Shown: in pieces, positions 1 through 15,648 of the stretch
Layout: every line of letters begins with the position of its first letter
Numbering within the stretch: the stretch's first letter is position 1
Origin: Octopus vulgaris
Lineage: Eukaryota
Reading direction: 5' to 3'
Assembly (NCBI GenBank): GCA_951406725.2
Contig: OX597837.1
Location: 43,958,001-44,022,000, forward strand
DNA length: 64,000 bases
Position numbers and translations under genes: made by a program
Notes under the pieces: model-generated
Told to the model about the DNA's origin: nothing
The model's input: the letters and a program-made list of their open reading frames with translations, nothing else
Databases searched by the model: none

Positions 1-292
1 ATAGTAAATGCTGTCCGGTGTGCAAATCGAACCTGCGATCTGGCGAATGTGAATGCAACATCCTAACCACTAGACCACGGTGCCTTCAGAACACAATTGA
101 ATAATTTTAATGTTGGTTGTTTCTGATAGGGCGCTATGGCGGAGATGCCAAAGAACTCTACCCACAGAATGGTAGATAGAGAAAATGGTTGGCTGGGTGG
201 ATTTTTTACCTCAGTAGAAAACAAAAACCAGAACAGAGTATCTTGTAATTAAATAACAGAGAAACAAAAGCGGAACCATCTTAGAGACTTAC

Positions 293-506
293 CGTTTCCA
301 ATGTTAACAAAGAATGTAAGGATTGTTCAGCCGGATCAAAGGAATAAACGTGATCCACGGTTACTTTCAATGATACCATGACCGGTTGCAAGTAGTGCAT
401 TTGCGGGGCAACATTTTTGTCGTAATCTCGAAATAAGGCTCCCAGGGTTTGGGTAATCTCCTCGTAGGCTCGGTTTTGACGACCATCGGAGAGGTTTGCT
501 GTCAAC
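293..506 (-). CDS. Gene B exon 2: Cys-loop/AChBP-like ligand-binding domain N-terminus; gene continues beyond left edge
   Basis: Acceptor tctctttgatcgcag at 507, donor ACG|gtaagt at 292, phases 2 to 0. Encodes LTANLSDGRQNRAYEEITQTLGALFRDYDKNVAPQ..PVMV..DHVYSFD..EQSLHSLLTLET, the LF.DYDK..P..PV.V pattern of pLGIC N-termini. 28/60 identical, ungapped, to gene A exon 2. Confidence 0.9.
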
Positions 507-2066
507 CTGCGATCAAAGAGACAATGAACATTAGCTTAAAAGTTTGGCACAATGCCAGCAATTTCAGAGGAGGAATTAAATCGATAACATCGATCCCAAC
601 GCTCAACTGCTACTTATTTTAGTGACTCTGAAAGGAACGAAAGACAAAGATGACCTCCGCGGAATTTGAACTCACAATGTAAAGACGGACAAAATGCCGT
701 CGAGTATTTTGCCCGGCGTGCAAACGATTCTGTATGCTCGCCGCCTTAAAGAGACAATTAATACTGATTTCAAATTTTGGCACAAGGCCAGCAATTTCGG
801 TGGATAGGATAAGTCGATTACATCGACCTTAGTGTTCAACTGGTACTTATTTTATCGACCCCGAGAGGGGATGAAAGGCAAAGTTAACCACGGCAGCATT
901 TGATAACGGAATGAGAATAATCTAGCCGCGTGGATTTAATAGAAAGTTTGGTTTAAAATTTAGAAAATGTTATCGCATACAGCAGACACCTGAAGAAGGC
1001 CGGGGGATGCAACGGGCGAATAGTTATGATTATGACAACCACAACGAGGACTTTGGAAACATTGTCAGACTTAACAATCAGCTTTATCTTTCTTGCTACT
1101 CCGTGTTATCTTCAGAGTATCATGAAGCAAACTTAAGATTTTTTGGTGTTTTTAATAATAAATATTTTTAGACACCCAGTGAACATTATCACGTATAAGC
1201 TAATGAAGGAGAATCTATGTGGTTGCTTGACCTGCAAGAAGTAGCAGTCAAACTGCATCTTACTATACACTACTGTCTTTGAAAAAGTGGATAGCTGGCA
1301 CTCCGTCGATTACGACGATGAGTTTTCCAGTTAGTTCTACCAACAGGACGGCCTGTTCGTAAAATTAACGTCTAAGTGGCTGAGCACTCCACAGACACAC
1401 GTACACTTAACGTAGCTCTCGGGGAGATTCAGTGTAACACAGAATGTGACAAAACTGGCCCTTTGAGGTACAGGTACAACTCCTTTTCACCTGCTCAGTG
1501 GACTGGAACAACGAGTAATAAAGTGTCTTGCTGAAGAATACAAAGGGCCGCCGAGAATCGAACTCACTATCGTTATTTTCGCAAGCCGAATACCCTTAAG
1601 CACTAAGCCACGCAACTCCACAAGTCATTGGATAAAATAATCAGAGACTAAATGATAAGATGGCCACGGTGAATTTATTTCAACTACCCTGCCTTCGCAT
1701 AAGCTTTATTCCGACTCTCTACGTTCTGAGTTCAAATTCCGCCGAGGTCGACTTTGCATTTCATCCTTACAGGGTCGATAAATTAAGTACCAGTTGCGTA
1801 CTGGGGTCGATCTAACCGTCTAGCCCCCTCTCCCAAAATTTCGGGCCTTGTGCCTAGAGTAGAAAAGAATAAACTGGTCTTATTAATTCACAACTAACTC
1901 GTTCTTTTTTCTTCTTCTCAGTTTTGGCAGAGGCCTGTCTGTGTGTTCCAGTAGTTGGCTTTGCAACCATGAGCGAAACCTTGAGCAAGTATCTTCTACT
2001 ATAAACCTGGGCCGACCAATAACCTTGTGAGTGAATTTGGTAGATCGGACTGTGTGCAAGACCATC

Positions 2067-2101
<35 letters not shown>

Positions 2102-3515
2102 TAGCCCAATCGTCAGGATTCCTCTCTCGACCTTGCTGACGTAGTCCAATGGAATGCAGAGCATTACGTTTGGCACCAGCCTGGTTGCAGAGGCTGTGGG
2201 AAGAGTGTCGAGTCAAACACTAAACCGCCTACAGGGCTCCACTCCGGATTTCTTTAAAGGTTGTCTCCTTTCCGTAACACTGGATAGGGGCCCATACCGG
2301 GTACTGTCAGCCGGAGCCAGCTGAACCCGGTACTCATATCAGGCAGGGTCGTCACTCCCTGAAGTAGTGAAGAAAATCGCTACCCAAAACCTATATTATA
2401 TTATATGATATGATATTATATTATATGATGTTATATTATATTATATTATATTATATTATAGGAAAAATCAAAACCAAGACAGAAAGAGTGGTGGTGGTGT
2501 GTTGGTGCCAGTGGTGGTATTGGTGCCAGTGGTGGTGGTGGTTGCGGGGGTGGCTTTGGTGTCGACGGCGGTGGTGGCGGTGACGACAGCGTTTGCGGTG
2601 GGGGCGTTCGTGGTGGTAGGGTGTGTAAGAAACCACCCACCAATGTAGATAGAGTAGGGCCGGCGAAATGTCAGTCACCAGAGATGTTTAGATGTTGTTC
2701 TATATTTATTTCGCTCCTGTCTTCAACTGATATCCTTTTGTTTGTTCTTCTTGCAGCCGAGATTCTTTTATGACTAACGCGGTGCCAGGTGATTCACTCT
2801 CGGTGCAAAAACACCTACACACGCAAACGGCACTTATACACACACACATATATGTACAAACAAGAACACTCTGCAAATACATATAGATATATATACACGC
2901 ACACTCATGCATACGTTTGTGTGAGCGTATGTGTAGATATATACGTGTGTGTATATATATATAAATGTAAAAAATTACAAACTGGAACAAGAACGCAAAA
3001 CATTAAGAAGACGATACAAAAAACACGGACGGACTCGAAGCCTTCAAGCTTCAGTCAAGAACCGGATCATCCTCGCAATTTTGGCTGATTAATCTTGAGA
3101 TTGCTCCGATCTGGCCTGCCCCAAAGGAGAATCTGAGCCAAGCGCATTAGATTCCTTATATATATATATGGATGCATACATACGTATCTCATACACATAT
3201 AGATAAACAATGTTTGTTACGGATTTCCTGCAAATACATAATTTCTTTTTTTTTTTTGCCTTCAATCGCATTGTTTACGAAGACGTATTTGTATACGAAA
3301 ACGTCGTAACTTTCAGTGCTGGCACGAATTTCTATAGAAAATGCTGCAGAAATAATTTTAAGAAGTGACTGAATCGCACTGATAACACCAGCTGGATGCA
3401 GTATTGAATTATGAGCCTTTAATATACGTCGTACTATATCATGGTTGCATAATGTAATATGGTGTCCCTACCAGTTACTAATATATGTATATATTTATAC
3501 TGGTGTGTGTGTATG

Positions 3516-3548
<33 letters not shown>

Positions 3549-3662
3549 GCATTTATATGTATATATATATATATATATATGTATTTGCATGTATATATAT
3601 ATATATAATATATATGTGTGTGTGTACGCATGCATGTATGTATATGTATATATGTATATATA

Positions 3663-3693
<31 letters not shown>

Positions 3694-4455
3694 AGTGTGT
3701 GTGTATGTATGTATATTTGTATTTATATGTATATATGTATTAGTATATAACTATATATATATGTATATAAAAAATATTCTATAATTATATGCATAATTAT
3801 AAGAAAGGGTCAGTTAAGTGCTTCGCCACGTACTGAATTAGAAATAGACGCTAATATCTTTTAAACTACCTAGTTGAAAAGATATTAGCGTCTATTGTAT
3901 GTACGTATATATGTATGCATGTATACATTTATCCTGTTTACTAAACTGATATATGAGTAAGAGAATACGACATTTTCAAGTCTCCAAGTACATTAACTAA
4001 AGCCTAAATCCTTAAAACATTATTTAAAATAGAATTGAAAAATTTCTGACGATGCAGCTATATTTGCATTATATATCGGTATATGTGTGGTGTGTGTGTG
4101 TGTATCTGTGAGAGAGAGGGAGAAAAGGTGAGAGAGAAAGAGAGAGTTTCCGAAGAACTTTTGAATTAGCAAAAGCCTGTTTTTTCTGCTAAAACATTAA
4201 ATCTGTAAAGAACAATTATTTGCTTTATTTATATTTCATACGTATTGAGTCCTCTTTGAAATTTTTGGTTCGTTTGATCTATAATTCAAGGATGTGTGTT
4301 TATGTGAGAAGGAGCAGGTGTGTGTGTGCGTGTGTGTCTGCATGTGCATGTGTGCATGTGTGTGTGTGTGTGTGTGTGTATGTGAATAATTTTTGTTCCC
4401 TATATTTTTCAAACATTTGTTTTCTGCATGTATATTTATAAAATAAACATACACA

Positions 4456-4519
<64 letters not shown>

Positions 4520-4913
4520 TAAACACAAGCAGAAACTCATACGAGCACACACAAACACACACATAACAACCGCCCTATTTATATATATATATAGAGATAT
4601 ATATATATATATATAGATATATGTCTGTGTGTGTGTGTGTAGATATATATATATATATCTCCATGCATATACATGTATATGTGTGTATATGTGTTAACAG
4701 AAAGAGAGAGAGACAAACAGACAGACAGAGACGGTTACAGAGGTAGAGAGATTGATTACATCTGTCAGATATTAAACATAAAACACATCACCATGTGTTA
4801 TAAATTTTCAAGACTTGCAAGTTACTTTGGCTGCTTCTTCTCGTGACCTTATAAAGCTCAGATTTATAAAGATGACCTTTATTAGGTGTTTATTATTGTT
4901 GTTGCTGTTACTA

Positions 4914-4983
<70 letters not shown>

Positions 4984-5081
4984 TGTTATTTTAGTAGAAA
5001 GGATTATTATTATTATCATTATTATCATTATTACTATTGTTATTTTATTAGAAAGGATTATTATTATTACTATTATTATTA

Positions 5082-5137
<56 letters not shown>

Positions 5138-5364
5138 GAAGGCGGCGAACTGGCAGAATTGTTAGCACGCCGGGCAAAATGCTTAGCAGTATTTAGTCTG
5201 TCTTTACGTTCTGAGTTCAAAGTCTGCCGAGATGGATTTTGCTTTTCATCCTTTCGGGGGTCGATAAATTAAGTACCAGTGAAACACTGGGTCGATGTGA
5301 TCGACTATCTCCCTTCCCTAAACTTCAGGCCTTGTGCCTATTGTAGAAAGGTTTATTATTGTTG

Positions 5365-5408
<44 letters not shown>

Positions 5409-6102
5409 GAGTGCAAGAGCAGTGCATGCCATCAAAGTGACACTGGGGTAAAATATACGAAGCCCAGTATACCCATCATGACTACCCCTCTAATAAGGGT
5501 ACACCAGGTACATGCATCGCAACCATATGTGTGCGACATGGTGATCTCATATCAAGATAAAAAAGTGCATGACCTTGCAGGCGGGGCCCAGCAAGGAATT
5601 TCCTCTGGTCGAGTAATCCATCCCGCTCAAAAGGTCCCTGAATAAGGGTTGTTTAAGGATGTTGAACGAACCACCCAGTATTCTCGTTTGTGAGAGCAGT
5701 CGAGTTTATTTCAGATATTCCCATTTTAAAATTCATCTCTGGCTAATCGTTGAGATGACGTCGGTGTTACCTTGGCGGAGGTTTGCGCTCTCTGACTGCT
5801 CTTGTTAAAATTGTTATGGATACAGTTATCAACGACATTAATGGCCTTATCGTCAACTTCTTCACCAATATTGTTATCAACGCTATTATCAATATTGTTG
5901 TTATTATTTTTATCTATGTTGTTATCAGTGTTGCTACATGTTGTTATCAATGCTGTTATCGGTGTTATTCAAACTGAAACATTTTTCACTGTCGTTGTGG
6001 CTTATCTCCAAATCTCAAATCTCATCAACACAGAAACAGGTATGCTTGTATGGATGTATGCTTATATGCATATCTGTATGTATGCATGTGTGTATTATAT
6101 AG

Positions 6103-6140
<38 letters not shown>

Positions 6141-6188
6141 TACATGTGTATATATATATATGTATATATATATTTATATAACAATATT

Positions 6189-6239
<51 letters not shown>

Positions 6240-7006
6240 GTATGTATATATATATGTATATATATGCATGTTTACATACATATATACAATGTGGAGAATT
6301 GTAATCCCGCTAGACTGTCTCTGGAGACTAGGGAAGTTTTAATGTAGTCTGCCTGCATCTTTAAAACCCATCAAAAGATAGTGCAGTGTTAAAAATAATA
6401 TCACTCCATTTTTGCCCTCCCTCAACACTCATACTAATTCTTACACGCATGCTTACACTTATAAACCCATGTGCGCACGCTCGCACGTATAACCATTTAT
6501 TTCAAGCATCCATACAGCCCTCCGCGGATAAATGTATCCAGTATGCATATAGAAGCAACACATGTACCGTCTCATTATTCGTGTTATATGCTTGCGAGTG
6601 CGTAATATGAAGGCAAGTGGTTTAGTGTTTAGGGGTATTCGGTTCACGATCCTATGGACGCGATATCGATTCCCGCCAGCGCATTGCGTCCTTGAGCAAG
6701 TTCCAGTCAACGGAATAGCCTGCTCATGAAATTAACGTCCAAGTGGTTGAGTACTCCACAGACACGTCTACCTTTAAAGTAATTTCTGAGAGCGATTCAG
6801 TGCGACACAGACTGTGAGAAGGCTGGGCCATTTGAATTTCGGGTACAACTCATTTTTAATGCCAGCTGAGTGGAATGGACCAATTTGGAAAAAAAGTGTC
6901 TTGCTGAAGAACACAACGCGGAATCGGAAATCGAACTCACCCCCTTACGATTGTGAGCCAAGCCGAGGACTTTAACCACTGAACCACGCACACACACACA
7001 CACATA

Positions 7007-7135
<129 letters not shown>

Positions 7136-7196
7136 GTATATATATATGTATATATATATATATATATATTTATGTATATATATAATATATATATAA

Positions 7197-7252
<56 letters not shown>

Positions 7253-7329
7253 GTATCCATATATTATATATATAATATTTATATATATATATTAATAAAT
7301 ATAATATATATATATATATATATATATAA

Positions 7330-7374
<45 letters not shown>

Positions 7375-9361
7375 TTATATAACGCACACACAATCACGTG
7401 TGCACCTGAAGCATATTTTAATGTAACCTTTCATACTACTTTTACGTAACAAATGAGTTTATTTGACGAAGCACCCACCACCGCCAACACATAAGCCATG
7501 CCAAAGAAAACTTTACTTGTGTACATAGCTGCTGCTGCTACTTTTATCTGTGTGTGCGTGCGTATGAATATGGGACTTCATGTGCGCCCATATGTATAAT
7601 CGCGCTACGTGCTATGTGAATGTGTACGTGCTCCTGTGTGTGTACTGTGCGTGTCTGTGCCTTGTCGTTTGTGCGTATTTGCGTGTTTCTAAAGGAGTGC
7701 TCTATATTTTAGCAACAGTCAATCGTTTAAGTGACAGATGTTGCACTGTTCTTCTGGTGATAATACAAATAAATATCTGCCTTCAGAGCTAGTAAAAGCC
7801 GATATTCTTGCTGTCTTTTGCGTTTTATATTTAAAATAAATCTGTCCAAACACCACACACACACATGTGCGCATGAAATAATTCTTATTTATAAAACGTT
7901 GGGCCTCGAAGCAGATAAGCTATAAATTCTTATGACGTCAACAACATAGAATTCTCTCTAGGAGGAATAAAGTCTCTAAAACGGATATAGAAATTCGAAG
8001 AATTGCTTTGATCCAACGGTAGAAAGCCTTTTCAGTCTACAGTTCTGAGTTCAAATTTCACCGTGGTTTACTTTGTCCCGTATCCCCTTCGAGGGTCGAT
8101 GTAATCCACTTAACTCCTCCCTTGAAATTCCTGAAATAAATCTGTCCAAACACACACACACACACGCATGAGATAATTCCTTTTCAAAATCATTGGGTCC
8201 CGAAGCAGATAAGCTATTAATTCTTATGATGTCAACAGCATGGAATTCTCTCTGGGAGGAAAATAATCTCTAAAACGGATACAGAAATCCGAAAAATTAC
8301 TTTTGTCGAACAATAGAAAGCCTCACGAGATAGAAAGGCGGCGAGCTGGCAGAAACGTTAGCACACCGGGAGAAATGCTTAGTGGAATTTCGTCTGCCGT
8401 TACGTTCTGAGTTCAAATACCGCCATGGGCGACTTTGTCTTTCATCCTTTCAGGGTCGATAAATTAAGTACCAGTTACGCACTGGGGTCGATGTAATCGA
8501 CTTTATCCCTTTGTCTGTCCCTGTTTGTCCTCTCTATGTTTAGCCCCTTGTGTGCAATAAAGAAATGAGAAAGCCTCTCGAGTTTACAGTTCTGAGTTCA
8601 AATTCCACCGTGTTCTACTTTATCTTGCCTCCCTTTCGGTGGAGGTCGACGTAAATCCACCTATCTCCTTCCCTGATATTGCTGGCATTGTGCCAATATT
8701 TGAAACCTATAGTCTCTCATTAATATGGTATTATTGATACGTCGTTTATTTCTATTGACTTCGTTCAGTAAAATAATTTGTCTTTTGGAAGTTTATGATT
8801 TTGTATCGTTTATCGGGCCAGCAGAATCGTTAGCAGGCTGGACAAAATGTTTACAGGGCCGTCGCTTGGCTCCTTCAACCCCTGCGTTTAAGGGCCCCGT
8901 GTTAAGATCAAAGTACATAGATGAGTCATCTATTTACTTTGGTTAAGATGTAAACTGAAAATTTGAAGCCAGACGAAACAAATAATTTCATCATCCCCAG
9001 TGCTCAACTAGTACTTATTTCATCGACCCCGAAAGGTTGAAAGGCAAAGTCGACCTCGACAGTATTAGAACTCGGAAGGTAAAGACGGACGAAATGCCGC
9101 TAAGCATGTTGCACGCTGTGCTATCGATTCTACCCGCTCGCCACCCTTATATATATAGTCACGCAAACGCACTGGAACACGTATGCATGCTTGTATATAA
9201 GTCTGTGTATATACAAGTATTGCCTGTCCCTTAAATAGAAACTTAATTATAACGAAGATAAAAAGCAACCACCGGAAAAGTAATAACAGTAATAATAATA
9301 ATAATAATAATAATAATGATAATAATAATAATAATTATAATAACAATAATAATAATAATAA

Positions 9362-9392
<31 letters not shown>

Positions 9393-9431
9393 AAGAACAA
9401 CAACAACAACAATAATAAAATTAATAATAAC

Positions 9432-9497
<66 letters not shown>

Positions 9498-9940
9498 AAT
9501 AGTTAATAAATAATGATAATAGTTACTGACAAATGTAAGTCTGCAGTATCTGCAGATATATTACTTTCTAGATAATTCCATCAAACATAATGTTTCTGAT
9601 CTAATTTTGGTTATCAGAGTTGACTTTTTTAATCAAGATAAGAAGCGTCGAACATCGTTTCCCGGTCGTACATGAGTTTACGCATTACAGCCATCGAGAC
9701 AGCCATACAAACATACTCATCGTATGACATGATAGGTGTGCGAGTGTGCATAAGGCTGTGTGTGTGTGTGAGTGTATGGGATGATGAAGGGTGGAGACTG
9801 ATGAGGAACGGTGAGGTTGATGTGGAGGGGTATTGGTTGATCTTTATCTGAAATGAAATTGCAAAAAAAAAAACTATTACCGGTAAAGCTTCACATCCAA
9901 GTTTATCAGAGTTTACGCTTCAACACGAAGGTGTGCATAC

Positions 9941-10032
<92 letters not shown>

Positions 10033-10037
10033 ATATA

Positions 10038-10102
<65 letters not shown>

Positions 10103-10152
10103 CGCTTCAGCACGAAGCTGTGCATACATGCAAACATACATACATACATACA

Positions 10153-10232
<80 letters not shown>

Positions 10233-11493
10233 CGTGTGTATGTATGTTTATGTATGTATATGTAGGGATCAGCATGAGGAAGCTGATAAGGGAGTCTTTA
10301 CTTGGTCGCACAACCTGCTACAAATAGCAACCAATTCTCCTTCACATTGCACCTTACCGACTTTTGTGAAGAAGGCGGTTTGGAATGCCTTTGATAATAA
10401 ATAGAACGATTTAAACAAGGGTGACCTTGGGTTGAACTCGTAAGTATCATTTTCGTACTGGGGTCGATCTAATTGACTGGCCACCTCCCCCAAAATTTCG
10501 GGCCTTGTGCCTAGAGTAGAAAAGAATATTTAAGGCGGCGGGCTGGCAGAAACGTTAGCACGCCGGGCGAAATGTGTAGCCGTATTTCGTCTGCTGTTAC
10601 GTTCTGAGTTCAAATTCCGCCGAGATTGACTTTGCCTTTCATCCTTTTGGGGTCGATAAATTAAGTACCAGTTACGTACTGGTGTCGATGTAATCAACTT
10701 AGTCCCTTTGTCTGTCCTTGTTTGTCCCCTCTATGTTTAGCCTCTTGTGGGTAATAAAGAAATGGGTATTTCGTCTATCTTTACGTTCTGAGTTCAAATT
10801 CCACCAACGTCTACTTTGCCATTCATCCTTTCGGGGTTGATAAATTAAGTACCATTTGCGTACTAGTGTCGAGCTAATCGACTGGCTTCCTTCCCCAAAA
10901 TTTCAGACCTTGTGCCTCCAGTAGAAAAGAATATTTATATCTGGTTTGTGTTATATAACAATCATAAAAAAGCTCCATTTCATATATATGTTGAAAGTGT
11001 GTGGAGTCTTGTACATCTGTTAATTTCTGCGATATAAACACGGATTACACTTGAACGACACCGATTTAGATTGAACAATATTTACATTACTAAAAATATT
11101 TACTTTAAATATTTACATTGAATAAAAAATATTTAATCCTATTCCAAAAGAAAACAAGAAATACTCTATTGTACAATATGAAAATAGTAAGGAAAATGTA
11201 AGAACATTTCGCACGATTAATACAAATAATATTTCATCAACGATAGGGGGTGGGGAATAAGCTTCATACTAAAGTAGGAATTAAAGTAGGAATTAAAAAA
11301 AGGAATACGCATTCTTTTCAGTTCTATATTTAAGAGACGAGGGATTATGTACATTATTTACATTATTTATATTTGACGGATATTTGTCCTCATCTTGTTT
11401 GTTGTTAACACAACGTTTCGACTGATATACCCTCCAGCCTTCTTCAGGTGTCTTGGGGAAAATTTTGATGTTGTTGGAAGAGTAAAGAGAGTA

Positions 11494-11529
<36 letters not shown>

Positions 11530-11541
11530 TATTATTATTAC

Positions 11542-11607
<66 letters not shown>

Positions 11608-11728
11608 GGTTACTGCCTGGTATCGAACTCGGAATCTTTGGGTTAGTAGCCCGCGCTCTTAACCACTACGCCATAACAACAATAAAAATACCTTAGGAAT
11701 GAGAACCCAGGTTCAAAATTTCCCCAAG

Positions 11729-11772
11729 ACACCTGATGAAGGCTGGAGGGTAAATCAGCCGAAACGTTGTGT
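11729..11772 (+). ncRNA. Minimal type I hammerhead ribozyme motif (Penelope-type); inverted copy at 11408-11451
   Basis: acac CTGATGA a GGCTG-loop-CAGCC GAAA CG TT gtgt: stem I, core, stem II, palindromic mini stem III. Confidence 0.7.
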
Positions 11773-13070
11773 TAAAACAAACAAGATGAGGACAAATATC
11801 CGTCAAATATAAATAATGTAAATAATGTACGTTTTCTTTTACCATTTCAGACAATTTGGATGGGATCTGGTTACGGGGCAAAATAACTCTTTCTACTCTA
11901 AGCACAAGTCCTGAAATTTGGTGGTGGGTGGGTAGGAAGGGTTATTTCGATCATATCGACTCTAATAGTCAATTGGTAGTTATTTCATCGACACCGAAAG
12001 GACGAAAAACAAAGTCGTTCTCGAAAGAATGAATAAAAAAATTAATCTCGCCGAGATTTGAGCGCAAATACATTTTTTTAAATATGATTTTGTCCCAAAC
12101 GAGACGTGGGGAGGCATTGTAGAATAAGGAACTACAAATAAGAAATAAAAGGATCAACAAATTCCAGTTTGAATTCAGAAGATGGAGACGGACAAAATGC
12201 TTAGCGGGATTCTGTTCGTCTTTACTTTCGGTATTCAAATTTCGTCGAGGTTGACTTTGCATTTCATCCTTTCGGGGTCGATAGAATAAATACCAGCTGA
12301 ACACTGGGATTGGTTGAAAATAGCGCAAAAGAAAATGGGTAGGTGGGAGCCAGTCGATGACATCAACCACAGTGCTCAACTGGTACTTATTATATCGACC
12401 TCGAAAGGAAGGTAAGTGAAGTCGACCTCGGTGGCATTTGAACTGAGAACATAAAATCGGAATAAATATCGCTAAGTCTGGGGTGCTACCGATTCTGCCA
12501 GCTTTCCTCCTTATTAATTACTTCAATTTTTGGTACAAGATATGTAAATTTAGAGCCGGGGGTCACCCGATTACATCGAACCCAGGGCTCAATTGGTGCT
12601 TTGTGATATTGACTCCGAAACGATTAAAGGCTAAATTGACATCGGTGGGATTTGAACTCAGATTGTACAGAGCCAAAAGAAATACCACGAAGCCAGGCGA
12701 AATGCGTAGCCGTATTTCGTCTGCCGTTACGTTCTGAGTTCAAATTCTGCCGAGGTCGACTTTGCCTTTTGTTCTTTCGGGATCGATTAATTAAGTACCA
12801 GTTACCATATAATCGACTTAATCCGTTTGTCTGTCCTTGTTTGTCCTCTCTGTGTTTAGCCCCTTGTGGGCAGTAAAGAAATAGGTAGTTCGTCTGCGGT
12901 TACGTTCTGAGTTCAAATTCCGCCGAGGTCGAATTTGGCTTTCATCCTTTCGGGGGGTCGATAAATTAAGTACCAGTTACGCACTGGGGTCGATGTAATC
13001 GGCTTAATACCTATGTCTGTCCTTGTTTGTCCCCTCTGTGTTTAGCCCCTTGTGGGTAGTAAAGAAATAG

Positions 13071-13133
<63 letters not shown>

Positions 13134-13505
13134 AATAAATAAATGCTAGTTCCCAAGATCGCCCCCGCTTTACTTTGGAGGTCACATTGAAAGTAAAATG
13201 TCTTGCATTATATTCAATTCTGGATAAGGTAAAACCAGTGATAGGTGTATTCTTTCCTATCGTCTCACGCCTCTTCTTATTCCGTTTTTATTTTCACTTT
13301 TATTCTTATGAATTTGTGGTTTTTGTTGTTTTTGTTGTTTTTTTCTGCTGTCGCTATTTTTTTTTGTTTTTTTCTTCCTTCATTCGTAGTAAAAGTATTG
13401 AAAAAATATATCTTGGGCGTTTGTTTTGTGAACTGACTAACTTTCTCTGTAACCCTACCCAACCACGCACTGCCGTACTTACTTCAGTTCGCCGCTTACA
13501 TGAAT

Positions 13506-13542
<37 letters not shown>

Positions 13543-13661
13543 AGTATATGCATATATGTATGTATCTATACATACACACACTCACACATATATATATACA
13601 GATACCTTCAAAAATACATACGTATATACATATGCATACATACTTACATACATACATACAT

Positions 13662-13705
<44 letters not shown>

Positions 13706-13742
13706 ATATGTATGTGAGTGCAATATCTATGCATATGTAAGC

Positions 13743-13796
<54 letters not shown>

Positions 13797-14480
13797 GTGT
13801 ATGCGTGCATTTATGTGTGTGGGGGGGGATCAGTTGAACGCAAAGACATCATTGGAAACAAAAAAAAGAAAAGAGAAAGAGTACTCGATCTCACACCGCA
13901 TCATAATATGTTTATACACCCGGGAGTTCAAATTTCCTAACTCCGAGTTTCATGTCTCTGATTGGCAAAATAAACACACAGACGCGCGCGCGCACACACA
14001 CACACGCATGAATATATATATATAGAGAGAGATATATATATTATCCTTTCTACTATAGCCACAAGGTTAGAAATTTGGGGGAGGGGTAGTTGATTAAATC
14101 GACCCCCAAGATTCAATTGGTTCTTATTTTATGGACCCCGAAAGGATAAAAGGTAAAGTCGACCTCGGCGGAATTTGAACTCAGAACGTAGAGACAGACG
14201 AACGGCCGCTTCGCATCTTGCCCGGCTGACTAACGGTTCTTATTATTTCTTTATTGCCCACAAGGGGCTAAACATAGAGGGGACAAACAAGGACAGACAA
14301 ACGGATTAAGTCGATTATATCGACCCCAGTGCGTAGCTGGTACTTAATTTATCGACCCCGAAAGGATGAAAGGCAAAGTCGACCTCGGCGGAATTTGAAC
14401 TCAGAACGTAACGGCAGACGAAATACCTATTTCTTTACTATCCACAATAGGTTTTTTTTTTAAAGAAAACTAAACTCGCA

Positions 14481-14715
14481 TAACGAGCTGAAATTTGATC
14501 AACGAACCACGAGTATACGACACGTACATATTAGTTACTAGGAGCCAGTTCGCTTAACGAACTGAAATTTGATCAACGAACCAAGAGTATACGACACGTA
14601 CATATTAGTTACTAGGAGCCAGTTCACTTAACGAACTGAAATTTGATCAACGAACCACGAGTATACGACACGTACATATTAGTTACTAGGAGCCAGTTCG
14701 CTTAACGAGCTGAAA
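14481..14715. repeat. 74 bp tandem repeat, ~3.2 copies
   Basis: taacga(g/a)ctgaaa starts at 14481, 14555, 14629, 14703 with near-identical interiors. Confidence 0.9.
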
Positions 14716-14916
14716 CCTTAACAACATTCCACGAGTAGATTTCGCGTGCATATAAACGAACAAATCATATAACGAACAGATTTTTTATTACGTTTATTTG
14801 TTTGTTTTGCAAGATTCTTGATGTGAAACCGTGTATTAAAACAGATATTGTTACACTCGAGAGTGGTCATCTTTTGCCAATTAAACACGCGCACTGGTTC
14901 TGTCAGCGCTCTACCT

Positions 14917-14983
<67 letters not shown>

Positions 14984-15268
14984 TGTTGTTGTTGTAGTAG
15001 TAGTAGTCATAAAACTAAAGTGAAGATCAAATAAATAGCGCGAGTGTTTTATTGGCAAAAAGTGACCCTCCCCATTATAACAATGGCTTTTTTTAATGTC
15101 TTTTATGAAAATTATATTCAGTCAATGAGTTGAAATTTGACTCAAACCACAAAGAACCGCTGCAATAAGTGTGTGAATCTGAGAGGGAAATATGTTGAAT
15201 AAAATCATAATTAACAGATCCTCCTTTATTTTCTTTTACCCAAAGCCAGGAACTTTTCAGCACAACTC

Positions 15269-15301
<33 letters not shown>

Positions 15302-15308
15302 TGCGTGC

Positions 15309-15343
<35 letters not shown>

Positions 15344-15569
15344 TGTGCATGTGCGTGTGTTTTTTACGTTCTTATTTCTTTACTGCCTACAAGGAGCTAG
15401 ACACAAAGGGGACAAGCAAGGACAGACAAACGGATTAAGTCGATTACATCGACCCCGAAAGGATGAAAGGCAAAGTCGACCTCGGCGAAATTTGAACTCA
15501 GAACGTAACGGCAGACGAAATACCACTAAGCATTTCGCCCAATGTGCCGACGTTCTTTACGTTCTGTTG

Positions 15570-15648
15570 GGCGGTTTAGCTCAATAGTTGAGAGCACCGC
15601 GACGTGTAATCACGGAGATGTGAGTTCGAGTCTCATGGCAAGCCGCCA
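15570..15648 (+). tRNA. tRNA-like sequence (pseudo-tRNA or SINE head; anticodon position TGT)
   Basis: Acceptor GGCGGTT/AGCCGCC, D stem GCTC/GAGC, T arm GTGAG-TTCGAGT-CTCAT, downstream T run. Has a 3 nt insertion after the T stem and an atypical anticodon arm. Confidence 0.45.

Noticed and set aside
2757-2788. Possible 32 nt plus-strand microexon
   Set aside because: Splice-like signals only; no supporting gene.
5802-6040. Hydrophobic ORF resembling a membrane protein
   Set aside because: Degenerate (GTT/ATT)n low-complexity sequence.
14481-14715. Regular repeat that could be taken for a CRISPR array
   Set aside because: Whole 74 bp units are repeated with no unique spacers, no cas genes, eukaryotic context.
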